NCBI GenBank assembly: GCA_030141605.1
Contig: JAQGDQ010000107.1
Span: 494,265-558,264, forward strand
Length of the DNA: 64,000 nucleotides
Direction of reading: 5' to 3'
Source: Tubiluchus corallicola
Taxonomy: Eukaryota > Animalia > Priapulida
Part shown: piece after piece, positions 40,682-53,400 of the stretch
How positions within the stretch are numbered: the stretch's first letter is position 1
Layout: each line of letters opens with the position of its first letter
Made by a program: the position numbers and the translations under genes
Notes under the pieces: generated by a model
Seen by the model: only the letters and a program-made list of their open reading frames with translations
Databases searched by the model: none
What the model was told of the DNA's origin: nothing

Positions 40682-41872
40682 GTAAAAGCAGGACCGGATT
40701 TTGATTTTGTAGACCTCTGGGTTACAGGAAATGTAAGGCTCAAGCTCCTTTAACTTCAAGAACAAAACCAAGAATACCTAGTTCAGAGTTCCAGTAAGCT
40801 AGAACCTACTGAGATGAGTGGCAAAGTGTGGCTAAGTTATCTCTGAACAGAGATGTCTTATCTATGTCAGAGGAGATGTGATATCAAGTCCTGTGAAATT
40901 CTCTCATTATATTCTGGGTTGCCAGCGTGGCAGTGTGATTATTGGACTAGAAAATAATTCCAGTGTATTATCATCCAGTTTATTAATTAATTGAGCCATT
41001 TTTAAAAAGATAATTCAACATACTTGTACCGTCATTCTTTAGTAACTTTTTACAGTAAATTAATTTAACTTAATCAGCTGGGAGAGGCCTATGGGCTGCA
41101 TCCCACAAAACCCCATGCCTTAATCCAGCACTGCATCAAAGCTAAGAGATACACAGCGTTTTCTGGAAATTTGGTACAAAAAAAGAAATCAGAATAAAAT
41201 GCTCTTTAATCGTGGAATAAGAACATTTTGCAAAACTTTTCGTATGTCCCAGATGCTGTAAATGAAATTACTGAAACGTTGCTGAATATGAGCATTTTGT
41301 ATAGGAGCTGAGATGGTCCTATAAGATGGTTTAAAACGTCTTTAAGATGGTTTTACATGGGTACAAATATACTTTGATTCTGTCATAATTGAAATTAGTC
41401 AGCTATAGCTGAAACTGAATAATAAATATTTTGTATGGAAATCCATGAAAAGTATAGACTCCTATCAAAGGAACAATTTTTGAGGCCTAAATACTATGGT
41501 TTTATCTTATTGGGTGGGGAATGTTCAAGTTGTTCACATTATCAGAGTAGCTATGGAGTTAAATGAAAAAATAAGTCACGTAGCATGTTGGGTTTATTTT
41601 ACTGCTATTACTCTAACTGTTTGTGGTGTGCTAAAGGAAAGAACAAGTCATACAGCATGTTGGGTTTGTTTTACTGTTATGACTTAACCTTAGAAAAATA
41701 TAACAAAGAAATTTACAAAGAACTGCCTATAAAGCATAAATTTAAAGTCTACTACCTCTGAATAGAAATGTTCAGTTGCCGTGGTTGCTGCCATTCACTT
41801 TTAAAGTCATCACGAAACTTGGAGATCTCGTGTTTGAAAGCGCATCGTGAATTCCGTAAATGCGCGCTGCTT

Positions 41873-41909
<37 letters not shown>

Positions 41910-41971
41910 ATATCACCATCATCATCATCACCATCACCATCACCATCATCATCACCATCATCATCATCATC

Positions 41972-42003
<32 letters not shown>

Positions 42004-42012
42004 TATCATTAT
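41873..42012. repeat. (CAT/CAC)n microsatellite
   Basis: Direct reading. Confidence 0.95.
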
Positions 42013-42028
42013 TATTTCTTATTAACAG

Positions 42029-42166
42029 GATTACAAACCTCGACCATATCCAGCATGGTGGTATGTCTGATGTTAGCTAGTGGATGCGTGGTGATGGCAT
42101 GTCTAGCTATTATTTACAAGCAGGTGTTATGCATGATGATGACTGGCAGCATGTACATGCTAACAG
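42029..42166 (+). CDS. Claudin-like gene, exon with TM2 and the start of TM3
   Basis: ttaacag|..LQTSTISSMVVCLMLASGCVVMACLAIIYKQVLCMMMTGSMYMLT G|gtaaga; phase 1 at both ends. Confidence 0.7.
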
Positions 42167-42482
42167 GTAAGAAACATGTCTGACTCTATGGTTGACTTGC
42201 TCGATGCTTGATAGCTCATCTACTAACTGGCTAGATTACTGCACGAGATGGTATTAGCGTTTAACTGTACATAATGAATTCCCTGAAGGAAAATTTTGTT
42301 CATTTGTGATGTCATCAATAGCTGGGCTCGCCCGTCGTTAACTAAGATTTTAATCAACCATTTAGTTATGAAACGTTTTTGCAGTATTATTGGTGTTTAA
42401 ATGTATACTTACCATACTTGAAAATGAGGTAGGATTTGAAAAATCATCCTGTTTTCCTTTAATGACTCTTTTCCCTTTTCAG

Positions 42483-42541
42483 GGGCATTTCTTGGCTTTA
42501 GTTTAATGACATTCCACGCCGGTGTTTCTAATACACCACAA
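42483..42541 (+). CDS. Claudin-like gene, exon completing TM3 (3' boundary uncertain)
   Basis: ttcccttttcag|(G)AFLGFSLMTFHAGVSNTPQ|gtaatt continues the hydrophobic helix in phase. Confidence 0.5.
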
Positions 42542-42609
42542 GTAATTGTTTAATCTCATCGTTACATAAACAAAAACAAATTTGCAAAAGAAATAGACGG
42601 GCAGAAATA

Positions 42610-42895
42610 TCAGTCTAGGGCATCGTAAAGTCTTGATACGCTCCTGATCATCATCATCATCATTATCATCACTTAAATATCGCTAGTAAATTTTACTTTT
42701 GTGAGAGCTCCAGCTTCTTTTACAAGAGCCGCATTTGTATCGCCCCGTTCCAAACACGCTCTGCCTTTTAAATGCTTCCAAACACCTTCTTGGGCGCAGA
42801 CTTCGACTTGCCATTGCATCTTTTATGAGCTGGTTAACGTCTACGTCTTCAGATACCTTCACACCTTTAAATTTGTCACTAAGATTGTCTACCAT
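42610..42895 (-). pseudogene. Truncated gene resembling a 3CxxC zinc-binding domain (RTP/ZAR1-like)
   Basis: MVDNLSDK...FGTGRYKCGSCKRSWSSH resembles the first GxFxCxxCxRxWxS motif; TAG at 42683, then an acidic tail; the later CxxC pairs are not found. Confidence 0.4.
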
Positions 42896-43088
42896 CTTTC
42901 CGAATAATAGGAAAAGAACGTTACAATAAAAACACAAATCTCGAGACACAAACTATTCAACAACCAAATTAGCACCTCACAATAGTGTAGCATAGGTATG
43001 CGGTGCCCATAATAAAAACATTAAATTAAACTAATTTATGACAATAATTACACTACGCTTTACCTACGATGTAAACACACGTGCTAAT

Positions 43089-43819
43089 GGGCGCCGAGTA
43101 ACCCACTAGCCGAAGTAGGACAATTGGCGTACATGGGCTAGCCCAAGTAGGACGCGTCGTACATGGGCTGCCCAACGGGACACTAGAGACAGGTCACAAA
43201 TTGAGTTGTTAACCGTAGTGGCAGCACCCGTTGTCCTTGTTTATTTAATAATAATAACTAAAAACGTCAAAAATGTTGAATAACTTATTATACATCTGGT
43301 AAAATAAAAGAACCCTATTTTGAGTTAGTCAAATTTCCAATATTAAATTCGTCTTCGATATTAATCTTTTTGAAGTGAAATAAGCCCACTTCTTAGGCGA
43401 TTCCAACATTTGCTTAAGGTATATCATTTTTATTTTGTCTCGCTTCACAGACAGGTGATCTATTTCACTACCTCTTGGACAAATAATTATTTTCTACTAA
43501 GTAAACGGGTTAGCGAGCTATGTGCCCTACATAGTTCCTCTCTCTAAAGCATTAGATACTTAGTTGAATTTATGATGATATTAACGGAGCTAATAATAAT
43601 GATGATATTATTGTAAAAATATAAATTGTCAAGGAGTATCCATCAAAAGTTCTTTTTTTTAAAACAAATTTAGTATTACGTTTCATTATGTCATAAATCT
43701 CGACAGCAATCGCCAGTGTCCTACTTGGGCTGCCCATGTACGACACTGCTTTTCGGCAAATTTAGCACATGCGTTTTACCGGAAGTGTCCTACTTCGGCT
43801 AGTGGTTTCCTCGGCGCCC
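43089..43819. mobile_element. Non-autonomous TIR element, superfamily unresolved
   Basis: GGGCGCCGAGTAACCCACTAGCCGAAGTAGGACA vs TGTCCTACTTCGGCTAGTGGTTTCCTCGGCGCCC; inverted subterminal GTACATGGGC/GCCCATGTAC repeats; no clear TSD. Confidence 0.75.
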
Positions 43820-44092
43820 CGCACGTGCATCAACGGAAGTTTTCATGAGAAGGACCCGCGGATGTGAAAACAACTGCGCCAACATCCAATCAAGAGCCTG
43901 CAGAGCTGAGCGCGTGATTCAGTATACTGCCTATTAAGGTCTATACACGTGATCCGCCCGTGTTAACAAGACAATAAACCAATTAGCAGTGTGTAGGTGG
44001 CCATGTCATCTGTCCAGAGTAGTATTTAAGGAGGACAGATCCAGAGGAAGAGACATTCGCTGCTGACAAGGTCTGCTACCACAAGGCCCGAT

Positions 44093-44199
44093 AACAAACT
44101 CTGTTAACACAAGAGTTGCTAACAAACTCTGCTAACACAAGAGTTGCTAACAAGCTCTGTTATCTCAAGAGTTGCTAACAAGCTCTGATAACACAAGAG
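44093..44199. repeat. 28-bp minisatellite, left part
   Basis: Unit AACAAACTCTGCTAACACAAGAGTTGCT. Confidence 0.9.
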
Positions 44200-47100
44200 G
44201 TACCAATGCCAAAGCCAGAAAAGATCAACTAGCAATTAAAGATGCAATATACCGTGGTCCTGTATATCTGGAAGACCTAGTGGGAATCATTCTGCGATTT
44301 CGTCTGTGGAAATTTGCGATTTTGGCAGATATAGAGAAGGCATTCCTGCAAATAGGCCTGCAAGAAGAGGATCGCGATGTAACAAGATTCCTTTGGCTAA
44401 AAGACCACACTAAGCCCCCTACAGAGGACAACCTATTGGTGTATAGATTCACACGTGTTTTGTTTGGCATGAATGCCTCGCCTTTTTTATTAGCAGCAGT
44501 GGTCACTCATCATCTCCGCAAGAACAGCAGTCAGGTGGCTGATATGATTCGCAAAAACATTTATGTCGACAACATTTCCTACAGTGTACACTCCTTGGAA
44601 GATGCCAACAACTTCTATAAAGAGAGTAAAGAAATAGTTTCCCAAATGTCAATGAACCTTCCAGAATACACATCAAACTGCAGTGAGTTTATGGAATCTA
44701 TTCCAGAGCATGATAGAGTAAATTCTAAACAGGTCAAGCAACTTGGGCTTGGATGGAACATTAAAGAGGACATAATCCATTGTGTAGCTCCAAAATTTGA
44801 CTTGGAATCTACTCCAACTAAAAGAATCATCACTCAAGCATTTGCACGGGTTTTTGATCCAATTGGAATGGTTCTGCCTGTTGTAATGCCTGCAAAATTC
44901 TTAACTCAGCAGTTGTGGAAGGAACAATTTGACTGGGATCAGGAACTTCCGGAAAACTACAACAGGGATTGGAATAAAATTGCATGCGAATTAAAAACAG
45001 TATCAGACATAACACTTAAACGCTACATCGGCTCCAACAATGAGGAATGTACTTATGATTTACATTGTTTTGCTGATGCTTCCCTTAAAGCCTTTGCTGC
45101 AGTGGTGTACCTAGTAAAGCACCAAGATGACGTCCGTTCTGCAAACTTTATCATGGCAAAAGCCAGAGTAGCTCCAAAGAAGATCATAACATTGCCAAGG
45201 CTGGAACTAATGGGTGTTTGGATTGGTGTACGTTTGCTTTCGTTTGTCAAGAAGCATCTTGGACTTGAAATCCAACAAGAATACATGTGGTCAGATTCAC
45301 AAATAGTTCTATGGTGGCTGCGTAGTACTCGTCTGAAAAGTTTATTTGTGGAGAATCGCATTAAAGAGATTAAATCAAACACTACTCTCATTTTTCGCTA
45401 CATTCCTACAAATGAAAACCCGGCTGATTTAGCAACGAAAGGTTGTGCCGTATCACAATTGATCAGCAACTCTGTTTGGTGGGGAGGGTCAAAGTTTCTC
45501 ACTAAAGATCATGAAGAAGCTATTGCACTTTTGTCAAGAAACTATGCTGGCAAGGAGAAAATTTCCAAATTGGAAGAAACTCCATCTGTCATGCCCTTTG
45601 AAATGGATATCAGCCGCTTCTCATCGTTACAAAAATTACTTCGTGTGACATGCCGAGTTCACATGTTTTTGAACCGTATACGAGGCAAAAGTATCTCTGG
45701 GCAGATAAAGGCTGAAAATCTGCAAGAAGCTTTGTTCATTTGGATTAAAGCAGTACAAAAGGGTTTTTATGTAGAAAAACCGAAAGCCTTGACTGGTAGT
45801 AATAAAAATGCAAAACATTATCGAACCAAGCAGTTAGATCTCTTTTTAGATAAAGATGGAATAATCCGAAGCCGCTGCAGAATTCAGAATGCCAATTTAC
45901 CATATGGAACAATCCATCCCATTTTGTTGCCTAAGGAATCCAAGTTTACTCGTTTGGTGATTCTAGATCCACATGAACGACTTGGCCATGCAGGACCAAA
46001 ACATTTGCTTGCTCAGTTGAGAAAAAATTACTGGATTCCACAAGGACGTGCAGCAATTCTGCGATTTGTTAAACAATGCTTGAAATGCACAAGATGGCAT
46101 GGAAGTCACTTTGCCGTACCAAAGGAACCACCGCTTCCAAGTGGCCGTGTTAATGAAGGTCTACCATTTAGTACTACTGGAATTGATTACATGGGTCCAC
46201 TGTACATCAAGACACAAGATGGAAACTTGTTCAAAGTTTAGCTTTGCCTCTATACATGTGCTGCAATTAGAGCAATCCATCTAGAAATAGTGGAAGATTT
46301 CACTGCGCACAGTTTTCTGATGAGTCTACGTCGATTTATATCACGTCGCGGGTAAACCAAATCAATTTATCTCTGACAATGCAAAGACATTTAAGTTGGC
46401 AGCATCTACTTTAGACAAAGTTTTGGAATCAGTGATTTACAGTGATGAAGTTCAGAACTACATTGAATCTACAAAGAAGGGATTCGCTGGAATTTCATAG
46501 TTGAGCTTGCGCCATGGTTTGGCGGCTTGATCCAATCTGTTAAGAAGTCTTTACGAAAAGCTTTAGGCAAAGCTCATCTTAATCTCGTACAGCTGCAGAC
46601 AATTGTCACAGAAGTTGAAGGGATTTTAAATTCGAGGCCATTGGTTTATGTTGACACTGATGTCAGCTCGGGAGACTTCATCACCTGCACATTTTCTAGG
46701 TAATCCTAAATTGGGTACTCCTTCCACCCTTCCAGAACCCGATCCTACCTTTCCCGTGAAATCAGATTCAGCTGAAAGACTTGTAGCTCTGTGGAAGAGC
46801 TCCCAGCATCAACTTAATCTCTTCTGGACTTCATGGAGGAATGATTATCTCCTCAGCTTAAGAGAAAGGTGGGCACAACAACGAAACTGTGGTTCAGTAT
46901 CATCAGTACCTGTGGTCGGACAAACGGTTTTGGTTCGTAATGGCATGCAACCAAGAGCACAATGGAAGCTTGGAAGAGTGTCCAGTCACATCTCGAGCGC
47001 TAATGGAACTATCCGTGCAGTAACATTGAGATTGCCAAATGGTCGGCATATCAATCGTTAAGTTAAATTATTGCACCTGTTGGAGACTACAGCAAATTCT

Positions 47101-47518
47101 GGATCAAATGGTATTAAGTACCAGCTGGGGTCCAAAATGGCCAATGAAGATGATGATGCTAATGCCAAGCAACCTGATTCAGATGCTCCACGACCACGTC
47201 GACAAGCTGCAGTTAAAGCACAACAAAGGATCAAAGCAATTCTGGCTGGCGGGAGTGTCGTGAACTGATTCACGAGTTTGTTTATGAACTTTAAACTTTA
47301 GCAACATTATAACTTTACAGCAAGTTAGACTACAGTGAATCATTTTCTCACCTGACTGGTTTCTGATATGCATTACCCAAGGTTAACCAGTTTCAACTGA
47401 TTTGAGCTGTTACAGGTTTTAATCTAGTAGTCACAACGTAGTGTACAGAAAAGACAGTCAATAATAAAGTGTTTGTGCCACTAAAGCAGTTTGGTTTATG
47501 TTGCTACATATATTGACA
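44200..47518 (+). mobile_element. 5'-truncated BEL/Pao element of a different lineage (RT-RNase H-IN) with a putative 3' LTR (47256 to about 47518)
   Basis: ADIEKAFLQ, IYVDN, HCFADAS...TLPRLEL, H..H..CxxC and GIDYMGP; purine tract GGCGGGAG then TGTC; AATAAA at 47463; stops and frameshifts in the integrase. Confidence 0.92.
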
Positions 47519-47535
47519 AAAGCCTTTTTCACATC

Positions 47536-48004
47536 TGTTAACACAAGAGTTTCTAACAAATTCCGCTAACACAAGAGTTGCTAACAAACTCTGTTAACAC
47601 AAGAGTTGCTAACAAACTCCGCTAACACAAGAGTTGCTAACAAGCTCTGCTAACACAAGAGTTACTAACAAGCTCTGATAACACAAGAGTTGCTAACAAA
47701 CTCTGCTATCACAAGAGTTGCTAACAAACTCTGCTACCACAAGAGTTGCTAACAAGCTCTGCTAACACAAGAGTTGCTAACAAACTCTGTTAACACAAGA
47801 GTTGCTAACAAACTCTGCTACCACAAGAGTTGCTAACAAACTCTGCTAGCACAAGAGTTGCTAACAAACTCTGTTACCACAAGAGTTGCTAACAAGCTCT
47901 GCTAACACAAGAGTTGATAACAAACTCTGTTAACACAAGAGTTTCTAACAAACTCTGCTACCACAAGAGTTGCTAACAAACTCCGCTAACACAAGAGTTG
48001 CTAA
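47536..48004. repeat. 28-bp minisatellite, right part, about 17 copies
   Basis: Same unit as 44093-44199. Confidence 0.95.
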
Positions 48005-48863
48005 TTATAAGCCCTGAACCACAATAAAGCAATTAAATAAATAATTCAATGTTGAAAAATAGCCAAAGCCAATCAAAGCCAACATTTGTTTGCTTCTAAG
48101 CTTAGACCCAACCTTAGAATGTAGCTCAAAACAATCTACTCTTTAAAATATTGAAAGGAAACATACTATTTTTTCAAAAATGACTTACGTGAAAGAATTA
48201 TCACCACACAAACGCAATTTCACGTTCGCGTCACTAGTTCTTCTCTGTTACATGCATTGCGCCTGCTATCGGAAACACATTGCACAGAAAACAGGTGCTG
48301 TGCTTCTCAGTTTAGATATGTTAGTTTGTGACAAAGTACAAACGTTCGACAGCTCGTGCGTGAGCACAGCAGTAAATTTGAGATTTGAATTTTTATCTTA
48401 AAATTTGCCTAGTTTTTGTAAAACGTACTGCATGACTTGTGTTCGTTTGTGATGTCATCAATTTTACTTGGTTAGTGACGTTTGTGCTACGAATGTTCTG
48501 ATTATTTTTCAAACTTTACTCAATGTTTTCTAAACTTGTTTCAAATCGTTTATCATCAAAACGGCTGTTTCTAATGGTCATCGTATAGAACAAGTACAAT
48601 AAACACAGATGGAGAGCAAAATTAACCCACCTGCAGCAGAATATTGTGCTAGTGGCTTCATACGTTTATTATGATTCAAATTAGGTCAAAATCTCTTTTA
48701 ATTTTTGCTTTAAGAATCACAAAGCCTGTAACAGGTCTGTGACACATTAACAAGCAAATGTCAACAAAAACTCGGATTACAACAAACATCAATTAAAATT
48801 AATTTACAGGTGGATTAAGATCCATTGTAAATGCTGCCATGGGAAGAGCTTCTAAATGTACCC

Positions 48864-49850
48864 CTACTTTTTCTCCTTTAGTTCTTTTTCGTATTTTACT
48901 TGTTGTCCTCCATTCGTTTCGGGATCTGCAGGTTGGCAGTTGCATTTCTTAATTTGCATAAAGAGACGATAATTGTTCTGCCAGTCTTTTAAAGGGCACA
49001 CGAGTATCCCTCCTGCAGTGACTGCTGAATAAAACGTGAAATTTGCATTGTAGTGGAGCTCAGTGTACGACTCAGTTAGTGATCTGAGTACATCCTTTTC
49101 TGCTTCACTGTAACTCAAATCAACAAATGAGAACTTCATTAAGTTAGGCAATGTGTGATTCCAGAGCCTGCATTCTATTTGACATTTATTCCTGTACTCT
49201 GTGTCAATTCCGCCTTTCTCCACACAGTTCTTCTCACATGTTGCTTGACAATAGTCGTAATCTTTAACTGGAGAATGCCGGCGTTTTCTGGTGGGCCTTT
49301 TCTTCTTTCTGGATTTGCATATTGCTATGCAGTTGGTTTGACATACTTCCGGGTCGTGAGTAGCATCACACAGACTTGCACAGTCTCCCAAGCATTCTTC
49401 AAATGAAGTAGGAGAAACTGTTGTTGTTGTTCTTGTTGTTGGTAAGCTCCTTGTTGTTGTTCTTGTGGGCAATAGAGTTGTTCTGTTCAGCTCATAAGGT
49501 TGACAGTTTTGCGAACACTTTCTTCTGCATTTCCGTTCTTCACTACACTTCATATCATCAATACATGGACCTGCACAATAGTCATGTCACATTACCCGCA
49601 GTCTTGCTTGCAGATTGTTTCTGAGCTAATAGAACACATTTCATCCAAATCATAAGCTGAGAATATTCCTGTGTTAATTTTAAACTCACTTTGAAAACCG
49701 TCAACTGGACGAGCAAAATCGCAAACATCAGAACTGTTTGAACAGAATAGTTCAAATCCCCAAGTTTCAATGGTAAACAGGAGAAAGTTTAGCAATATTA
49801 ATGCATAAGATTTAGAATCGCACAAATTAACAAATTAACAAAAACCTCAT
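48864..49850 (-). pseudogene. Intronless secreted Cys-rich precursor, copy A (disrupted)
   Basis: ATG at 49850 with TATAAAT about 50 bp upstream; hydrophobic leader broken by a TTAATTTG duplication; deletion/frameshift near 49600 relative to copy B; CX3CX3C modules, Thr-rich stretch, RKRR. Confidence 0.65.
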
Positions 49851-50411
49851 TGTTGTAACAGACGATTCAGAAGTTTCTCTAAATTAATTATTATATTCTC
49901 ATTTATAAGCACTTTAGACTTTGGAATTACAAATTTAGTTTACTGCATCTTTTTTGTTCGTTGTTCTCACTAAACAGTAGGATCAGAAATGTGGATTGTT
50001 TTCTTAATGGAATGAACTTGAAAACAATGCTAAACATGTTTGTTCTTTCTTCATTGTTTTCAAGAAGTTCCCAGGTTTGCTGCAATGAATAATACAGGTG
50101 GCCAATTTTGATCGAAATGCGTTGGACAATGAATTTCGAATTATCAAGAAATTGACGATACGCAACAATGTAAATAGCTTTAACTTTCTAAGATTACCCA
50201 TCTAGATGATTAAAAATACTTGCTTATAAAAACAACAATCTAAATGTCAAAATAAACAAAATGATGGAAAAATTAACAGAAAATCTTGTTAGTCGAAAAG
50301 TGGGGATTAATATCTACAAGAGATCAGTGTTTGAAATAACAGGACATCTGTGAAAACAATAAAGCACATTTATTACAGCGATAGTTTGAACACGTGAAGT
50401 TCAAAATTTTG

Positions 50412-53400
50412 CTACATGTAATTAAAAGTTAAATATCTAGCCAATAGGAGCAGATGCCACGCTACCAGTTGAACAGAATTTCCAGAATTTACAATGGCCG
50501 GCGTTGTGTGCGAAACTTTCTTCATTGAACAATTAAAATCTGTTAGCTTTAAGTCTTCATGATTTACTCTTGGTACCCAGCAATCTACAAAAGAGTGTTT
50601 CCATTTCACCTTCATCATCCAAACAGCATCACAGTCACAAATGAGTCTGCTTTCTAACAGTTGGAAAGACACATTCTCCGGTTTAACTTTTCTGTATAAG
50701 GTAGGCTTAGACATGTGCTGTATTTTTGAACCTACAAACGAGATTTGAGTGATGTTACGATTATATCTGAGATCCAGATTTGCCACCGCTAGCTGAGTGC
50801 ACGACAAGAAAGAAATTGACTTCAAAATGCCTACATAATAAAATGCTTTTGGATCAATTGACACAAGAAAAGGATTATCATCCACCACAAAATGTTCTAT
50901 AAAACCATATCGTAAGTCATTTTGCACTAGAGTTGTTATAGCTGATTGTCGTAGCACTAGTTTTGTGACTTTTCTTTCTGACAGTAGCCACATAGGAAGC
51001 CGACTGTCTTCGTAATTGAAGATAACTAAGCCATAGATGGATGTTTTAATCTCTGCTGTTATCTGCCGCATCACAACATGGTCAATTCTTCCAACCTGGC
51101 CGCAGTGAAGTTCACAAGGATCTTCAGAGAATACGGTGCAACTGCTTACACTGATACTGCACGTTCTGCTGGGATATATTACGGTTGGTCTAGGTGGCTG
51201 ATCACATTCAATCATATCAATATTCATCTCTGTGTGAGGTATTTTAGGTTCATAACAGTCAACTTCTCTGGAAGCCCAGTTAACCTGAAACATCCAGCGC
51301 ATGTAACAGTCACAAATCAGCCTGCTTCCCAAGAGAGCAAAATGTACGTTGAAGCGTTTGACATCTGGGTGCAGGAAAGGCTTTGACATCCGCTCGATTT
51401 TTGATCCCTGAGTGAAGTTGATGGAACTGAGCAAGGGACAATTCCACAAATCCAGATTAGCTGTTTCCAATGCTTCACAAGCAACAAAGGTCACTGATCT
51501 CAAACGCTGTAGTCGAGAGAAAGCTTTGTGATGAACTTTCTTTAAGACTTTGCTGTAGTTCATGATGAAGTATTCAAGGCTGGGTGGCAGATCATTCTCA
51601 GATAGATTAACAAATGCAGATTTTTCAAATATTAGAGCTGTTACGTTTTTTTGGTCAAGAAACTTGTTTGGTAGCTTTTCGTCTTTGTAAAAATAGATTT
51701 TTAATTCTGATGGGACGTCTGTAATATGATTTACAATTTTTACCAATCTCCTGGAATTCATCTTGCTATCAGAGATGTTCGAAATGTCTGTGTCACCACA
51801 AACCAGTTTGCAGGGCAATAGTGAAATCGCAACACAAGTAGTTTTCTCAAAACTGCATTGTTGTCCAGGTGGGCAAATGTCTGCAATAGTTAATTCAGTC
51901 GTACTAATTAACCCATTTTCCTTTAGTTTTGCATTTGGAAGATGTTCACAGTCCACTTCCGATTTTTCCCAAAATTCAGCTATCCACGTCATCCGGCAGT
52001 CGCAAATTAGAGGACTTTTGAAAAAGAAAAGGCTAAAGTCCTTGGTAATGTTTGAATGAAAGTTTGGCTTATCCATCGTGGTGATATTCGTGAATTCTAT
52101 GTGTAGCCGTTTCAATTTTTCTAGCTTGTCCAGCGACAATTTCAGCTCGCTCAAACTTGGGCAATTTAAGATCACGATTTCACGTAAATGTATTAAATTG
52201 TTATAAGCGAACTGATTGATACGCCTCAATGCTGCGAAATTGGCGATTTTAACCCTTTCGACATGTGATGCATTCAGGAAGTGTGCTCCAATTTGGCGAA
52301 CGTCTTCCATTATTACTAGTTCGACATTAGCGATACTGAAGCCATCTAGAAAGTTCTTGGGAATTTCGTCATAATACAGCCTTTCCATAACAAAACTATC
52401 CACTTTTGGACGATTACCCTCTTTAAGTTTTGTCTTCAGCTTCTCCCACAATGTCTCATTATGTCTTGAGTCGCCAAACCGGCACCTCACTTCATATTTC
52501 TCACCCTCCGGTTTTTCAAGAATGAATCTTTTACAACGTGGAAAGAAATTCTCCCAAGTTGAGTTGGTCGTTCTATTCTTCACTGAACAATTAAAATCTG
52601 TTAGCTTTAAGTTTTCATGATTTACTCTTGGTACCCAGCAATCTACAAAAGAGTGTTTCCATTTTACCTTCATCATCCAAACAGCATCACAGTCACAAAT
52701 GAGTCTGCTTTCTAACAGTTGGAAAGACACATTCTCCGGTTTAACTTTTCTGTATAAGGTAGGCTTAGACATGTGCTGTATTTTTGAACCTACAAACGAG
52801 ATTTGAGTGATGTTACGATTATATCTGAGATCCAGATTTGCCACCGCCAGCTGAGTGCACGACAAGAAAGAAATTGACTTCAAAATGCCTACATAATAAA
52901 ATGCTTTTGGATCAATTGACACAAGAAAAGGATTATCATCCACCACAAAATGTTCTATAAAACCATATCGTAAGTCATTTTGCACTAGAGTTGTTATAGC
53001 TGATTGTCGTAGCACTAGTTTTGTGACTTTTCTTTCTGACAGTAGCCACATAGGAAGCCGACTGTCTTCGTAATTGAAGATAACTAAGCCATAGATGGAT
53101 GTTTTAATCTCTGCTGTTATGTGCCGCATCACAACATGGTCAATTCTTCCAACCTGGCCGCAGTGAAGTTCACAAGGATCTTCAGAGAATACGGTGCAAC
53201 TGCTTACACTGATACTGCACGTTCTGCTGGGATATATTACGGTTGGTCTAGGTGGCTGATCACATTCAATCATATCAATATTCATCTCTGTGTGAGGTAT
53301 TTTAGGTTCATAACAGTCAACTTCTCTGGAAGCCCAGTTAACCTGAAACATCCAGCGCATGTAACAGTCACAAATCAGCCTGCTTCCCAAGAGAGCAAAA

